Source: Verrucomicrobiota bacterium (GTDB lineage Bacteria; Verrucomicrobiota; Verrucomicrobiia; Opitutales; Cerasicoccaceae). From it: DNA of 64,000 nt. Under the pieces are notes generated by a model, which worked only from the letters and a program-made list of their open reading frames with translations, was not told the origin of the DNA and did not search any database. This document shows positions 63,130-64,000 of this stretch, piece by piece. Every line of letters begins with the position of its first letter. The first letter of the stretch is position 1. Position numbers and translations under genes: made by a program. The stretch is taken from positions 64,001 through 128,000 of the forward strand of contig JBCBUK010000008.1 in NCBI GenBank assembly GCA_039818205.1, given 5' to 3'.

Positions 63130-64000
63130 GGACTCCTCGATTGAAGGATGACCATTGGGCTCGGATTCTCGAGGTTCGGTGATCGTTTCATTCTCACCCT
63201 CGTCAATTGCCAGTTCCGTTTGCAGATTGGAAGATTCACCTTCTTTCGCGGCAAAGTCTTCGATCCGGTTTTTCGGGCCAGCGACAAGCAAAACATCTCT
63301 GGCCTGAACCAGTTCATCAGCCGGAGGCGAGACAATACGGCGTTTGCCGCGTTGAATCCCAAGCACCGTGATATGGTGTTCCTGGCGCAGTCGCGAACTT
63401 GCGATCGTTCGCCCGACTAGCTCCGATTGCCCGTCGATATAGACCTTCTCGATGACGAACTTTTGATCGGGAATCTCGCCATTGGCAACGACCGTGCGAT
63501 CCGCATCGAGCATGCGCACAGCAGCACTCGTTTGTTCTTCAGTTCCATAGAGAATCAGTTGGTCTTCCGGGAAAAGAGGAACGTGCGGGGATGGGTCAAA
63601 ACGGGTGACCCCACCCCGTGAAATCGCTATGATTTGTGCTCCCGTTTCCGGCCGAAGGCGTAACTCCGATAACTCGCAGCCAATCGCGACTGAGGTCTTT
63701 GATAGTGCATGCTCTACAATCTTTGCATTCCAGGCATTTGGGCCCGCAATTTCACGGAGGGCTGCCTCTCGGGCTTGTTGGTCACTTTGCTGAGAATGCT
63801 GCTGAAAACTTTGATAGAACAGAAACTCGATGCGGGTGTTGACGCGGTTGATTGATCGCCAAAACAGGATCAACAAAAAACCGCAGAGGACGATAAATAC
63901 ACCGAGAGTGATCCCCGATGGGAAAAAGGCTGAGGCCGCGGAGAGATAAAGACCGCCGAATAAAACCAGGACCACACTCAAGATCATTGTCTTAAACAGG
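63106..64000 (-). CDS. C-terminal part of a probable cation:proton antiporter with two TrkA-C (RCK_C) domains (partial)
   Basis: TM helices then IGCELSELRLRPETGAQIIAISRG and VGRTIASSRLRQEHHITVLGIQRG; frame stays open to the window edge. Confidence 0.75.
   Translation of the reverse strand, partial: LFKTMILSVVLVLFGGLYLSAASAFFPSGITLGVFIVLCGFLLILFWRSINRVNTRIEFLFYQSFQQHSQQSDQQAREAALREIAGPNAWNAKIVEHALSKTSVAIGCELSELRLRPETGAQIIAISRGGVTRFDPSPHVPLFPEDQLILYGTEEQTSAAVRMLDADRTVVANGEIPDQKFVIEKVYIDGQSELVGRTIASSRLRQEHHITVLGIQRGKRRIVSPPADELVQARDVLLVAGPKNRIEDFAAKEGESSNLQTELAIDEGENETITEPRESEPNGHPSIEESSDGKGAD

Overview
A gene-dense 64 kb bacterial chromosome segment. Gene content and style suggest Verrucomicrobiota (Opitutia-like), but that is inference. 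It is mostly housekeeping: an rRNA pseudouridine synthase, folD/folK/pabB/pabC, proC, a six-gene TonB-ExbBD cluster (DUF3450 and TPR flanked), two Hsp20s, crtI, dps, a sulfatase, gpsA, panB, erpA, a Ser/Thr kinase next to rpoN, a carboxyltransferase, tRNA-Cys, a ParA, lipBA, ArsR plus an old yellow enzyme, argS, dgkA, pilT, amt-PII, tyrA, aat, a rhomboid, a pilC-like gene, gltBD, three tandem SGNH-like paralogs and an NTP transferase. I found no transposase, integrase, prophage or CRISPR array. The best candidate for an undescribed system is a minus-strand gene string at 40330-44535. It starts at a near-consensus sigma54 promoter and encodes two Roadblock/LC7 (MglB-like) proteins, a catalytically dead HTH-less NtrC-like receiver-AAA+ protein, an ammonium transporter and a PII protein. 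The second Roadblock protein ends in YRGSNY, nearly identical to the PII T-loop tip YRGSEY. Other notable signals are a DnaA-box cluster with an AT-rich tract (candidate oriC or DnaA-binding locus), a sigma54/enhancer layout before hsp20, a structured gltB leader with a 6-codon uORF, 67-aa tandem repeats in an FGE-domain protein and an unannotated 47-aa membrane protein.
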